Shown: positions 39,154-49,482 of the stretch, piece after piece
Numbering within the stretch: position 1 is the first letter of the stretch
How the letters are laid out: each line of letters begins with the position of its first letter
Source of the DNA: an uncultured Actinomycetota bacterium
GTDB taxonomy: Bacteria > Actinomycetota > Actinomycetes > Mycobacteriales > Mycobacteriaceae
Reading direction: 5' to 3'
Assembly: GCA_963808345.1 (NCBI GenBank)
Contig: CAWEFM010000001.1
Location: 472,884-536,883, forward strand
DNA: 64,000 bases
Notes under the pieces: generated by a model
What the model was told of the DNA's origin: nothing
Databases searched by the model: none
Seen by the model: the letters and a program-made list of their open reading frames with translations, nothing else
Translations under genes and position numbers: made by a program

Positions 39154-40395
39154 GTGGACGACACCGAAGTGCTGATCATCGGCGCGGGCCTGGCCGGCCT
39201 GCGCTGCGCTGCTGTGCTGACCTCGGCGGGCCGCGACGTGGCGGTGTGGGAAGCCGGCGAGACGGTCGGCGGCCGGGTGCGCACCGACGTCATCGACGGC
39301 TTCCGGTGTGACCGGGGCTTTCAAGTGCTGAATCCGGCCTACCCGGAATTACAGCGGGCAGTGGATGTTTCTGCTTTGCGACTACAGAATTTCGCCGCCG
39401 GAGTCATCGTTCGCCGCGATCAAGGCACTGCCCAGTACGTCCATCCGCTTCACCATCCTGGCCGGCTGCTTCCGATGCTGAGGAAGGCAGCGGTCGGGCC
39501 GCGTGAGTTGGTGGCCCTGACCCGCTGGGTCGCGCCGGCGCTTCGGCCCAAAGCCCTCAAGTCGCTGCACCGCGCAGATCTCAGTCTCGCGGAGGCGTTG
39601 CAGCGGGCCGGAGTACGCGGTGAAGTGCGCAGGGTGATCGACCGGTTCCTGGCCGGTGTGCTCCTCGACGACACTGGATCGAGCTCCAACGCGTTCGCAT
39701 TGTTGCTCGCGCGCACCTTCGCCCTCGGTGTGCCCGCCTTGCCAGCCGAGGGCATGCATGCCCTGCCGCTGCTACTCGCCAATGACCTGGGTGATCGAAT
39801 CGCGCTGCAGCGCACTGCGAGTCGCATCGACCGCGACTCAGCCGGCTGGCGGGTTTCGGACGGTGAGCATCAGGTGCGGGCGCGACAGGTGGTGGTCGCC
39901 GCCGACCCTACGACAGCGGCGGCTCTGACGGACCAAGCGGCACCGCAGATGCACGGTGTCGTCACCGACTGGTGGGCCAGCGACGAGCCGCCGCCCGGTG
40001 AAACGCTGCTGTGGGTCGACGGCCGTGCGCCTGCGCGCGGACCGGTGCTCAACGTCGCGGTGATCAGTGCGGTCGCACCGACATATGCGCCGCCGGATCG
40101 GCATCTGATCGCGGCGTCGGCGTTACCCGGTCGCGACGGCACGGCACCGTCCGAGACCGCGACGCGCCGACATGCCGCCGATATTCTCGGTGTGGACGCC
40201 GGTCGGTGGGAGTTGGTGAAACGACACGTTATTGGCGAAGCACTGCCGGCGCAGTTGCCACCGCTCAGCGTGCGCCGACCGGTGCGCACGCCCGCCGGAA
40301 TCTGGTTGTGCGGCGACCACCGCGACACCGCATCCATTCAGGGGGCGTTGGTCAGCGGCCGCCGCACCGCTGCAGCGCTACTGCGCGCTCGTTAG
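39154..40395 (+). CDS. FAD-dependent oxidoreductase (amine oxidase / phytoene desaturase-like)
   Basis: GAGLAG, GGRVRTD, DRGFQV and CGDH...SIQGALVSG motifs. Confidence 0.9.
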   Translation: MDDTEVLIIGAGLAGLRCAAVLTSAGRDVAVWEAGETVGGRVRTDVIDGFRCDRGFQVLNPAYPELQRAVDVSALRLQNFAAGVIVRRDQGTAQYVHPLHHPGRLLPMLRKAAVGPRELVALTRWVAPALRPKALKSLHRADLSLAEALQRAGVRGEVRRVIDRFLAGVLLDDTGSSSNAFALLLARTFALGVPALPAEGMHALPLLLANDLGDRIALQRTASRIDRDSAGWRVSDGEHQVRARQVVVAADPTTAAALTDQAAPQMHGVVTDWWASDEPPPGETLLWVDGRAPARGPVLNVAVISAVAPTYAPPDRHLIAASALPGRDGTAPSETATRRHAADILGVDAGRWELVKRHVIGEALPAQLPPLSVRRPVRTPAGIWLCGDHRDTASIQGALVSGRRTAAALLRAR

Positions 40396-40782
40396 CATTT
40401 TGTCCATGCGGCGCAAGGCGATCGAGCACACTGTCAGATAAGGCGCTGACCACCACGGCACTGCGATGGTGACCCGCGCGCCGCCGTCGACCGGGTCCAC
40501 TCGGTGGCTGGTCGCCGGCACACCGGCCACCGTCCACGACCAGAACCGGCCCGGGTCGAATTCGGTGACGACGAAGGGCACGCCGGCCGGCAGCAAGGTG
40601 TACACCGTGCCGGTCGCGTGCAGGCTGAGCTCCGGATAGGCCGGATCGAGTTCGGCGTGCCGGATCGGCGGACCCCACCGCGGCCAGGCGTCCAGATCGA
40701 CCAGAAGTCGCCACGCCGCTTGCGGTGGTGCCGCGATCAACCGGTCGACTGTGAGCATGATGCCGTTGATGCCCTCACCCAT
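40378..40782 (-). CDS. SRPBCC (polyketide cyclase/START) family protein
   Basis: IAAPPQAAW.LL.DLDAWPRWGP pattern. Confidence 0.8.
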   Translation of the reverse strand: MGEGINGIMLTVDRLIAAPPQAAWRLLVDLDAWPRWGPPIRHAELDPAYPELSLHATGTVYTLLPAGVPFVVTEFDPGRFWSWTVAGVPATSHRVDPVDGGARVTIAVPWWSAPYLTVCSIALRRMDKMLTSAQ

Positions 40783-40911
40783 GGGGGACAGGGTTCCCCG
40801 CGCAACTGCGGCTAAGCAGCTTCGACCGGATCAACTTCGATTGTCCCAGCATCCGACGGCGCGACACGGGGCCACAGTTTGCCCGCTCCGGCGAGGGGGA
40901 ACCCGCCGACG

Positions 40912-41592
40912 ATGAGCGTCACCGAACTTGCCGCCATGCCGTTTCGTTGGGGTTCTGCCCTCCGGCGCGCCCGCGTCTTCCATCCCGATGGCCTGCTGAT
41001 CGAGGGTTCGATCGAGCGAACCGCACCCGCTGAGGATGGCCTGCCGATACCGTCGTGCGACGTTGTCTGCCGGGTGTCCAAGGCCCTCGGGACACCGGGC
41101 GCGTTGCCCGACATCATCGGACTGGCTCTGCGGATTCCCCCGGACGCCGACGACGGTGCCGCCTGGGACATCCTGCTGGCCTCCGCCGGCTCTGGTGTGC
41201 TGAGCCGGGCCGTCGGTCTGCGGCCGGTCACCTCGTGGACGGGGCCCACCCTGACGAGTCTGATGCCGCTGCGCTACCGGGGCGGCAACTGGTGGTTGCG
41301 CGCGCAGCTGACCACCGAGATCCCCGGCTCGGGAGTGTCGTTGGGCAACGTGCGCAAGCAACTGCAGCACGGCACGATTGAGGTCACACTCGAACAGGCT
41401 CAGGGTACTTCGCCCTTCGACGATCTGGCACGCCTGACGCTGCACGGGTTGCTTGTCGCCCCGCACGGTGGGGACGTCGCGTTCGACCCGGTACTGCACA
41501 CCGCGCCCGGGGTGGAGCTGCACCCGAGCTGGCTCGCGGGCCTGCGGGCGCGCGCCTATGACCGCAGCCGCGACGGCCGCGACGCCGACTGA
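40912..41592 (+). CDS. Catalase-related fold hypothetical protein (often annotated phosphodiesterase)
   Basis: RVFHPDG, LPDIIGLALR, FDPV and RARAY..SR motifs. SigF-like GTTT-N15-GGGGAA at 40877-40901. Confidence 0.75.
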   Translation: MSVTELAAMPFRWGSALRRARVFHPDGLLIEGSIERTAPAEDGLPIPSCDVVCRVSKALGTPGALPDIIGLALRIPPDADDGAAWDILLASAGSGVLSRAVGLRPVTSWTGPTLTSLMPLRYRGGNWWLRAQLTTEIPGSGVSLGNVRKQLQHGTIEVTLEQAQGTSPFDDLARLTLHGLLVAPHGGDVAFDPVLHTAPGVELHPSWLAGLRARAYDRSRDGRDAD

Positions 41593-41945
41593 CGGTGCCG
41601 GCACGCCAGCAGCACCCAGGACAGGGCCGCGGCGGCGAAGGCCAGCGCCTGCGCGATGCGGGTGGCATGGGACGGGTAGCACACACCCGCGACGTAGCGC
41701 TCGGTGAACCCCGCCGTCGGCAGCGGATTCATCCCGGCCCGAACCCGAGCCCACTCTTCGAGTCGGGTCAGCGGGCACGGTAACTCGAAAGCCACCACGC
41801 ACACCCCCCAGCCGACGGCGGGTAGGTGCAGCACAATGCTGCGCGGCCAGCGCAGCGCCAGGAACCCGCCGCTGGGCAGGTAGAGCAGGTAGCCGAAGTG
41901 TGCGCCAACGGTCACGGCGACGGCGGCAACATATCTTCGGTTCAT
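41556..41945 (-). CDS. DUF2784 family membrane protein
   Basis: HFGYL...HLPAVGWG...CPLT.LE motif. Confidence 0.8.
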   Translation of the reverse strand: MNRRYVAAVAVTVGAHFGYLLYLPSGGFLALRWPRSIVLHLPAVGWGVCVVAFELPCPLTRLEEWARVRAGMNPLPTAGFTERYVAGVCYPSHATRIAQALAFAAAALSWVLLACRHRQSASRPSRLRS

Positions 41946-41955
41946 GCCGCCCCAA

Positions 41956-42954
41956 CTAGGGTGTGCCGGCGCGCAACTGGTAACGCCGCTCGGCATAGGC
42001 CAGGTCGTCACGCCACAGTTTGCCGGCCGCGTAGCGCATCAGCGGGGTGATCAGTGGCGCCGCGGTCAACGCCCGCGTGAAGCCCGAGCGGTCTGATTGT
42101 GCGATGACGGCTTCGGTCACCGCGGTGCGCGGCCGGCCGTCGGAGTGCAGAGACAGTGGCGTGGCATGGGTTTCGACGACCGAGCCGGCGCCTTCCCCGT
42201 CGACGATGCGCATGACGATGCAGCGGGCCTGCGGACTGGTGAATTCCGCGACGACGGGCACCCCCAGCCGGCCGAGGCGGAAGGTCACCGCGACCAGGAA
42301 ACGGTCGCTTTCCTCGGTCGGCGTGGTGAGAACTTCGAGCCGGGTGAACGAGTACGGGTGAAACCACGCGCCGTGCCATGGATCAAGCCGGTTGGCGATG
42401 ATGTCTGAAGGCTCACAGACACCGACCACCTGCGTTGCGGCAGCCAGGGTGTCGCCGATCGGCCGGGTCGACATGACCGGCTCCTCTAGCGGCGCCTCAC
42501 CGCCCGCGGCGTCCAAGCGCACCCAGATCAGCACACCGTCATCGTGACTGGGATATGTCGTCCAACCGAACCCGTCGAAGTCACCGTCGATCGTCAACCC
42601 GTGCCAGCGGCAGATCAGGGCGCCGCAGTGCACGGTCGCGGTGGCGAGATCCGCCCCGAGATGCGGGCAACTGCGCGGACCGACGCACAATTCGCCGTTC
42701 TGACCGCGCCACGCGACGATCTCCACACCGGCGACCCGCGTGCCGAGGGCACGACCGGCGGCCAGCGAACGGCTCTCGGCGAACACGTACCAGTTGCCGG
42801 TGGGTCGGCGCTGCGAGCGGTTCAACGCGGCGTCGATGATGGCCGGTTGTGCGTCGCGGTACGTCGGACGTTGACCAGCCCAGCTGATCGGCGCCATCAG
42901 TTGCAGCGGCCAGTCTTTCGGCCAACGTCGCCGCACACGGTCGTGAATGTTCAT
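41956..42954 (-). CDS. crtV: Rieske 2Fe-2S + DUF5914 protein (Streptomyces CrtV-like)
   Basis: CPHLGA...CRWHG Rieske motif and ANRLDPWHGAWFHPYSF. Coupled to crtU. Confidence 0.8.
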   Translation of the reverse strand: MNIHDRVRRRWPKDWPLQLMAPISWAGQRPTYRDAQPAIIDAALNRSQRRPTGNWYVFAESRSLAAGRALGTRVAGVEIVAWRGQNGELCVGPRSCPHLGADLATATVHCGALICRWHGLTIDGDFDGFGWTTYPSHDDGVLIWVRLDAAGGEAPLEEPVMSTRPIGDTLAAATQVVGVCEPSDIIANRLDPWHGAWFHPYSFTRLEVLTTPTEESDRFLVAVTFRLGRLGVPVVAEFTSPQARCIVMRIVDGEGAGSVVETHATPLSLHSDGRPRTAVTEAVIAQSDRSGFTRALTAAPLITPLMRYAAGKLWRDDLAYAERRYQLRAGTP

Positions 42955-44495
42955 CGCCGGCGCTGCCTTTCTCGGGTGGCGAGCCACCGCAGCACCGGAG
43001 ATCGACCTTCGTTGGCGACGGTGTGCAGCGGATGGCCTGCAAGCCCCCATTGTGCCAACAGGTGGTTGGCGGCCGACCAGCCGCTGGTCGCCGCACGCTC
43101 CATGAGCGCTACCGGTAGGTCGATACGGATGCCGTCACCGGCCAGGACCAGCCCGGGCTGAGGCGAGATGACGTGCGGTCGGTCCGCGTAGGTGCCGGGC
43201 GCGAACAACGGACAATCGCTTCGGTACAGCACGCGTTCGCGCACTACCTTCGCCTCGGCCGTCTCCGGATAGATCTCCTGCAGCCGGCGCAGCATCGCGT
43301 TGCCGGGAAGCTCGTCGGGCAGTGCGTACGAATGCAATTCGACTACCGAGCCGTGATGACGCTGCGCCCACTGGGCGGCTTCGTGCTCGTAGCGCTCCAG
43401 GACGCTGATGTTGTCGATCGGCTCGTGGCCGGCGGTGCCCAGAAACGCGGGCCGGTGCGCGGCCACGGGTCGATCGAGCCACAGCCGGTGCACGGCGAAG
43501 GTCGGGGCGGTGCGCAACCGCTGGATGTTGTCCCGCCACGATGCGTCGCCGAGATCTCCCGACGCGTCCACCAGATGCTGCAGACCGGTGACATCGGTGG
43601 CCAGCACCACCGCGTCGGCGTCCAAGTGGTCTTCGCGACCGGTGCGCACCCGAAAGGTGGTTTCCGGCGCGGTTCCGCCGATCGTCTGGATGCTTGCCAC
43701 TTCGGTGCCCAGCCGGAACCGCACCCCGCGCCCGGTCAAGTACTTCCGCAGCGGGTTCCACAGTGCGACGTCGTAATTGGCGTTCGGGACATCGAAGATC
43801 AGGCCCTCACTGGAGCCGAGGAAGTAGATGTGAAACATGGTCGCCAGCTCGGCGGCCGACAGCTGGGTTGGATCGGCGAAGAAGCTGCGGGAGAACACCT
43901 CGAAGGCGAGATGACGCGCAGGCGTCGGGAAATTGATTGCTTTGAGAAAAGTTTCGGCGTCGGTATGGTCCAAGTCGTCGTAAATCCGCGGCACCGACAC
44001 TGACGCCAGCGGCGCAGCGGCGCGGGCATTGATCCGTGCCAGGTCGCTGAATCGGAAGGTGGGACTACGCAAAGCGAACAGTAAGGCGTTCCACGGCGGT
44101 GTTCGTGGCAGGCCGCGGAAAGTATCGCGACGGCCGGCGCCGTCGATGAGCGGGTAGTCGTCGACCGGAGTCAACATGGACAGCTGCGGGTCGACGCGGC
44201 GCAATAGCGCGCGCAAGTTGTAGTACTGGCGAAAGAACGCGTGGAATCCGCGGTTCATCGCCAGATCGGTACCGTCGGGGCCTTGTTGCTCCTCGGTCCA
44301 GCCGCCCACCCGACCGCCCAGGTAGCGTTCGCGTTCGACGACGTCGACGCTGACGCCGCGTTCGGCCAAACCGGTCGCCGCGGTCAGGCCCGCGATGCCA
44401 GCGCCGACGACGACTGCCCGCGGCCGCGGTGACATGGCGTCAGCGGTGGGCAGCCCGCCGGGCGCCGGGATCGTGTGGTGGCGCCGGTCGATCAT
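42951..44495 (-). CDS. crtU: Isorenieratene synthase (beta-carotene desaturase/methyltransferase)
   Basis: GAGIAG, RGFHAFFRQYYN and LPVALMERAA motifs. Confidence 0.9.
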   Translation of the reverse strand: MIDRRHHTIPAPGGLPTADAMSPRPRAVVVGAGIAGLTAATGLAERGVSVDVVERERYLGGRVGGWTEEQQGPDGTDLAMNRGFHAFFRQYYNLRALLRRVDPQLSMLTPVDDYPLIDGAGRRDTFRGLPRTPPWNALLFALRSPTFRFSDLARINARAAAPLASVSVPRIYDDLDHTDAETFLKAINFPTPARHLAFEVFSRSFFADPTQLSAAELATMFHIYFLGSSEGLIFDVPNANYDVALWNPLRKYLTGRGVRFRLGTEVASIQTIGGTAPETTFRVRTGREDHLDADAVVLATDVTGLQHLVDASGDLGDASWRDNIQRLRTAPTFAVHRLWLDRPVAAHRPAFLGTAGHEPIDNISVLERYEHEAAQWAQRHHGSVVELHSYALPDELPGNAMLRRLQEIYPETAEAKVVRERVLYRSDCPLFAPGTYADRPHVISPQPGLVLAGDGIRIDLPVALMERAATSGWSAANHLLAQWGLAGHPLHTVANEGRSPVLRWLATRERQRRR

Positions 44496-45217
44496 TGCGG
44501 CGCGATACCGACGAAAGTGTGGACGATGTTGCTTTCCCAGCCGGGCATGGTTTCGCTGCAAACCGCGGTGAACCCGGCGTCGCGCAGCCGTCGGCGCAGC
44601 CGGTCGGCGCCGTCGAAAGAGAGCACGCTGCGCCACAAATGGCGGTAGAGCGTGGTGTCGCGGGTGTGCCGCCAGCCAGCGGGAATGATGATGCCCCAGC
44701 ACACCGCATGCCATACCGCGGTGGCCGCACGCGAGTCCCGCACCGAATAGTCGTGCACCGCCAGAGTGCCGCCTGGCCGCAGCAGCGTCCGGAAGGCCTG
44801 CAACTGGCTGTCGGGGTCGGCAAGATTGCGTATCAGGTATGCCGCGAAGATGGCGTCGAACGGGCCGCTGACGCCGTGATCGGCGAGCTTCTCGATGGGT
44901 GAGTGCACGAACTGCACCGACGGCGGCCATAGCTTGGCCCGTGCGGTGTCGAGCATTCCCTGCGACGCGTCGACGGCGACGATCTCGGCCTCCGGCGCGA
45001 CTGTGAGCAGCGCTGCCGTCGATGCGCCGGTTCCACAGCCGGCATCCAGCAGCCGTAATCCTTTCCCGCGGCCGGGGATTTGCATGCGGCGCGCCGAGCG
45101 GCGCAGGTGCGTGTGATAGCCGGGATTCGCACCGACCAGTCGGTCGTACGCGGCGGCTCCGACGTCGAAAGCGGCCGGCACCTCGCCGCGCGGCAGGCCG
45201 GTGTTACCCACGCTCAC
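44492..45217 (-). CDS. crtT: SAM-dependent methyltransferase of the carotenoid cluster (CrtT-like)
   Basis: LLDAGCGTGAST and YDRLVGANPGY motifs. Lies between the cyclase genes and crtU. Confidence 0.8.
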   Translation of the reverse strand: MSVGNTGLPRGEVPAAFDVGAAAYDRLVGANPGYHTHLRRSARRMQIPGRGKGLRLLDAGCGTGASTAALLTVAPEAEIVAVDASQGMLDTARAKLWPPSVQFVHSPIEKLADHGVSGPFDAIFAAYLIRNLADPDSQLQAFRTLLRPGGTLAVHDYSVRDSRAATAVWHAVCWGIIIPAGWRHTRDTTLYRHLWRSVLSFDGADRLRRRLRDAGFTAVCSETMPGWESNIVHTFVGIAPQ

Positions 45218-45515
45218 GTTGGCGCTCCCATCCCAGCAGTACCGCGGTGACGAGGGCGAAGCCGAAAAGGAAGTCCTCGACCGGAATGTCAAAGGGGAAC
45301 CGCAATCCGGTGATGTGCGCGCTGTTGTAGATCACCACGGGCGCGCTCAACTTGGTCAGCCAGCCGTCGACGAGGCTTTGGAACCCGAACACGATCAGCA
45401 TCGACAGCCAGTAGGCGGGTCGCCGGAACAGGCCGGTCCGCAACACGCCGACCTCGACAGCGCAGACGACGACTGCGGCCAGTACGGCCGGCACGGTGTA
45501 GCCCAGCCCGCTCAC
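45204..45515 (-). CDS. crtYd: Heterodimeric lycopene beta-cyclase subunit
   Basis: Small TM protein with VDGWLT...IPVEDFLFGF. Confidence 0.85.
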   Translation of the reverse strand: MSGLGYTVPAVLAAVVVCAVEVGVLRTGLFRRPAYWLSMLIVFGFQSLVDGWLTKLSAPVVIYNSAHITGLRFPFDIPVEDFLFGFALVTAVLLGWERQRERG

Positions 45516-45835
45516 CGGCGCTCGACCCGGTCGAGGATGGCGTTGACCGCGTCGTAGGTCAGCAGTGCGCACACCGGGATGACGAAGAAGAACAACACTT
45601 CCTCGATCGGCACCCGCACCGGAAGGTAAAGGCCGATGATGTAGGCGGGGTTGTATGCCCACACATGAGCGGCGACCGCCACTTCATCCCACACCAAAAA
45701 CACTGCCGCAACCGGTAACACGGCACCCGCGAGCCGGCGTGGCCGGCGGTACACGCCGGGTCTGAACACCTCCAAGGGCATGGTGATCGCCAGGCATGCG
45801 GCGAGCAGAATCAGGTACTGCCAGCGGTCGGTCAT
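45512..45835 (-). CDS. crtYc: Heterodimeric lycopene beta-cyclase subunit
   Basis: FLVWD...PIEEVLFF..IP motif. Confidence 0.85.
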   Translation of the reverse strand: MTDRWQYLILLAACLAITMPLEVFRPGVYRRPRRLAGAVLPVAAVFLVWDEVAVAAHVWAYNPAYIIGLYLPVRVPIEEVLFFFVIPVCALLTYDAVNAILDRVERR

Positions 45836-46779
45836 ACCGAACCAGGTGCGCGTTCGCCGGACGAGCGCGCTCGCCACGAGCGGACCAAGCCGGCGCCGGC
45901 AACCTGGAGGCGTCGCGCGATGCCGACGCTGGCGCGGTGGCTGAATACCGCGAAGTCGCTGGCTTCGATCCGATCCAGGATCTCCGAGTACAGCGTCAAC
46001 GCCGTTGTCACACAGGGCCGCGAGCGCAGCGCGAGCAGCGGTACTCCGGCGGCGGCGAACCGGTAGACACCCCGGGTGATGTGATGCTGTTCGGCGAGTG
46101 CGCGCCGGACGCGCTCGTCGGTGCACCGATGGGCGTGACACCACATCAACAGTTCCCGGTCGACGCCGTGGCCGGCCAGTTCGTCGGCGGGCAGGTACAC
46201 CCGCCCACGCTCCAAGTCTTCGTCGACGTCGCGCAGGAAGTTCGTGAGCTGAAAAGCAGTGCCCAGCGCGGCGGCGTAAGGTGCGGCTTCTTCTGCGGGA
46301 CCGACCGTGCCGAGTATCGGTAGGAGTTGCAGGCCAATGGCTTCGGCGGAACCCTTGATGTATCGGTTAAGCGAGGTGCGGTCGGGATAGTCGGCGATGG
46401 TCAGATCCATCCGCATCGAGGCCAGGAAGTCGTCGAACAGTTCCGAGGCGATTCCGTAGCGGCGTGCGGTGTGGGTGACCGCCGCGAGCACCGGGTCGTC
46501 GTGGTTGTCGCCGCCGGTGAAGAAGCGCTCGCAGAGCTGCTGTAGCCGCTCGGCCCGAGCGTCGGTGGGCAGACCGGAGTCCAAGTCATCGAGGATGTCG
46601 TCGGCGTGCCGGGCAAAACCGTAGAGCGCGTGCACCGGCGGACGTTGATCCGGTGCTAGTAACCGGGTGGCCAGGAAGAACGTCCGCCCGTGCCGGGCGT
46701 TGATCTCGCGGCACCGTCGGTATGCTGCGCGCAACCGCGGGTCGTCGATGCCGGCGGCGTCCAATTCGGTGCGGATCAC
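45832..46779 (-). CDS. crtB: Phytoene synthase
   Basis: HGRTFFLAT, ADDILD and FQLTNFLRDVDED..RGRVYLP motifs. Confidence 0.95.
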   Translation of the reverse strand: MIRTELDAAGIDDPRLRAAYRRCREINARHGRTFFLATRLLAPDQRPPVHALYGFARHADDILDDLDSGLPTDARAERLQQLCERFFTGGDNHDDPVLAAVTHTARRYGIASELFDDFLASMRMDLTIADYPDRTSLNRYIKGSAEAIGLQLLPILGTVGPAEEAAPYAAALGTAFQLTNFLRDVDEDLERGRVYLPADELAGHGVDRELLMWCHAHRCTDERVRRALAEQHHITRGVYRFAAAGVPLLALRSRPCVTTALTLYSEILDRIEASDFAVFSHRASVGIARRLQVAGAGLVRSWRARSSGERAPGSV

Positions 46780-48305
46780 GGCAGCTGCGCTTCGGTCGCA
46801 GCGGCGGTCGTCGCTCGGGTGGACCGAGTGACGGTGCCGGTGATGCGGTCGGCGGCCAGCCGCCCGGAGATCAACGCGGTCGGAACACCGACGCCGGGCA
46901 CCGTCGATGACCCGGCCAGCACCGCGTTGGGCGCGCCGCGCACGGTGTTGGCCGGCCGGAACGGTCCGGTTTGGCCGAAGGTGTGGGCCAGCGCGAAGGG
47001 GGTCCCAAACGCCATGTCCTGGCGCGCCCAGTCGGCCGGAGTGGTGACCTGCAGTATCTGGGCGTCGCTGCGCAACCCGGGCAGTAGACGATCTGCGACG
47101 GTGTCGACGATCTGCTCGGCGTAGGCGTTGCCGCTGCGCGCCCAGTCGATCGCACTGCGTTGCAGGTTGGGCGCCGGTGCGAGCACGAAGAGCAGGTCAC
47201 GCCCGGCCGGAGCGAGAGCCGGATCACCGGCTGTGGGTCTAGTGACCAACAGCGAGGGATCACGCATCAGTTGGCCGTCGCGGATGATGTCGGTGAACGT
47301 CTGGTCCCACGAGGCGCCGAAGGAAATGGTGTGATGCGCGGTGTCGGCGGGGACGCTGCGGCAACCCACATGCACCACCACCGCCGACGGTGAAGGCCGC
47401 AGCGCCAGCGGGCGTCGGGGCTGGTGCCCCAGCAGCGAATAACTTGATGGCAGTTCGGTTGTCAGAACCACTGCGTCAGCAGCGATGCGCCGGCCGCCGT
47501 CGGTGTGCACCCCGGCGACGCGGTCGCCGGTGCGCTCGAGTTCGGTCACCTTCTCGCCGTAGTGAAACAGCACGCCGGCGTCGGCGGCTGCGGCGGCCAG
47601 GCTGTCGGATAGCGCCCGCATCCCCCCGACGGGAAAGTACACGCCGGAGATTGTGTCCATGTAGGCGATCACCGCGTAGGCCGCCAGCGCGTCCTGCGGT
47701 GCGACCCCGGCGTACAGCGACTGGAAGGTGAACACTCGCCGTAGCCGCTCGTCGGCGATGTAGCGCCGCACCATGGTGTCCCACTTGCGGAACCCGCCAA
47801 TCATCAACAGCCGCGCAAGATTCGGCGTCAGCAGTGACAGCGGCGAATCGAAGTTCTTCGCGATGAATCCGTCGAATTCGGTGCAATACAGGCGGGTCAG
47901 CCACTCGCGAAGCCGCCGATACCCCGCAGCTTCGCGCGGGCCGGCGAAGTGCTCGATGTTCGTGGCCATCCGGTCGGCGTCGGCGTGCACGTCGAGGGCG
48001 CTGCCGTCGGCGAAGGTGGCGCGGTATGCCGGATCCACCGGCCTAAGGGTGAGCCGACGCTCCCGCGTCTCGCCCACGGCGGCGAAGACGTCGTCGATGA
48101 TGTCAGGCATCGTCAGGACCGTGGGGCCGGTGTCCAACCGGTAGCCGTCGATGTCGGCCCGGCCGGCGCGCCCGCCCGGCCACGGTTCGCGTTCAACGAC
48201 GGTGACCTGCCTGCCGCGCCCGGCCAGATGCAGTGCGGCCGCCAAGCCGGCCAGACCAGCGCCGACGACGACCACATGATCGGTGTTTCCCGGTACGGTG
48301 CGCAT
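46776..48305 (-). CDS. crtI: Phytoene desaturase
   Basis: GAGLAG, DTGPTVLTMP, QTGPFRP and PGVGVP..LISG.LAA motifs. Confidence 0.95.
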   Translation of the reverse strand: MRTVPGNTDHVVVVGAGLAGLAAALHLAGRGRQVTVVEREPWPGGRAGRADIDGYRLDTGPTVLTMPDIIDDVFAAVGETRERRLTLRPVDPAYRATFADGSALDVHADADRMATNIEHFAGPREAAGYRRLREWLTRLYCTEFDGFIAKNFDSPLSLLTPNLARLLMIGGFRKWDTMVRRYIADERLRRVFTFQSLYAGVAPQDALAAYAVIAYMDTISGVYFPVGGMRALSDSLAAAAADAGVLFHYGEKVTELERTGDRVAGVHTDGGRRIAADAVVLTTELPSSYSLLGHQPRRPLALRPSPSAVVVHVGCRSVPADTAHHTISFGASWDQTFTDIIRDGQLMRDPSLLVTRPTAGDPALAPAGRDLLFVLAPAPNLQRSAIDWARSGNAYAEQIVDTVADRLLPGLRSDAQILQVTTPADWARQDMAFGTPFALAHTFGQTGPFRPANTVRGAPNAVLAGSSTVPGVGVPTALISGRLAADRITGTVTRSTRATTAAATEAQLP

Positions 48306-48333
48306 TACGCGCACGCTACCGGGGCCGGGTGCG

Positions 48334-49482
48334 TCATTGCGCGCGCTCCGTGCAAACGGCGGCCATGTTGGTCAGCGCAAACCGCACCGATTCGTCAACT
48401 AACATGTCGCTCACATGGTTTCGCGCTGACGCCACGCGGTCGGTGATCATTTCCTCGATCCACTGCACGGCGCCGGTCTCGACGATGATTGCCCGCCAGC
48501 GCTGCACCGCGTCGTCGTCGAGCTCGTCGCTGTTCATCAGTTCGGCGAGCTGACGCCGGGTCGGGCCATCGGCCAGTTGGTGTGCGGCCATCACAAGGCT
48601 GGTCGGCTTGCGTTCGACCAAGTCGCCACCGCTGGGCTTGCCGGTGGCCGACGTCGACCCGAAGACGCCGAGGATGTCGTCGCGCAGCTGGAAAGCTTCC
48701 CCGACCGCAGTGCCGTAACGGCCGAGCTTGGACAGGATGTGGTCGTCGCAGCCCGCCATCGCCGCACCGATCTCTAAAGGCCGGCGCACCGTGTAGTTGC
48801 CGGATTTGCGGCGGGCCACGTCAAGCACCGCTTCCAGCGCAGGGAGATCGCGAACGTCACCGGCCAGGTCGGCGAACTGGCCCACCGCCAGTTCGGTGCG
48901 CATAGCGTCGTATCGCGGCCAAGCATCGCGCAGCGCCCGCCGATCCACACCGCTCTCGCGCAGCATCTGCTCGGCCCAGATCAGACACAGATCGCCGAGC
49001 AGGATGGCGGCCGATTCGCCGAACTTGCCTGCCGAGCCGGACAGACCGCGGTCGCGGTGCCAGTGCCCGAGTTGGATGTGCGCTGCGGGACGGCCGCGCC
49101 GGGACGCCGAGCCGTCCATGACGTCGTCTTGCAGCAGGGCGAAGGCGTGCAGCAACTCCAGGCTGGCGGCTGCGCCGAGGGCCGCGTCGCCGGGCATGGC
49201 GCCGCTCAGCCAGCCCAGGTACATGAAGGTCGACCGTAGGCATTTGCCCCCGGACACGAAGTTCATCAGGATGTCGCCGGCGACCTCGACGCCGGCTCCG
49301 CGCAACTCCTGCTCGCAGCGCTCGGCGACGAATTCTGCGACCCGCCGCAAGACCGCGCCGCGCACATCGGAACGCCAAGCGTCGAAGTTGGCGGGATCAG
49401 CCCACAACCCGCTGGTCAGCGCTTCGTGCTCTGCGACCGGCACCAACGACAGACCCCGCGTCAAGGCCCGTGACTCGCCCAC
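48334..49482 (-). CDS. crtE: Geranylgeranyl diphosphate synthase
   Basis: GGKCLR, QDDVMD...RRG and FQLRDD motifs. Start uncertain (GTG at 49482 with GAGAGGGG RBS). Confidence 0.9.
   Translation of the reverse strand: MGESRALTRGLSLVPVAEHEALTSGLWADPANFDAWRSDVRGAVLRRVAEFVAERCEQELRGAGVEVAGDILMNFVSGGKCLRSTFMYLGWLSGAMPGDAALGAAASLELLHAFALLQDDVMDGSASRRGRPAAHIQLGHWHRDRGLSGSAGKFGESAAILLGDLCLIWAEQMLRESGVDRRALRDAWPRYDAMRTELAVGQFADLAGDVRDLPALEAVLDVARRKSGNYTVRRPLEIGAAMAGCDDHILSKLGRYGTAVGEAFQLRDDILGVFGSTSATGKPSGGDLVERKPTSLVMAAHQLADGPTRRQLAELMNSDELDDDAVQRWRAIIVETGAVQWIEEMITDRVASARNHVSDMLVDESVRFALTNMAAVCTERAQ

Noticed and set aside
42951-44930. 659-aa CrtU
   Set aside because: The first 145 codons overlap the methyltransferase gene in another frame. 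The real start is ATG 44495.
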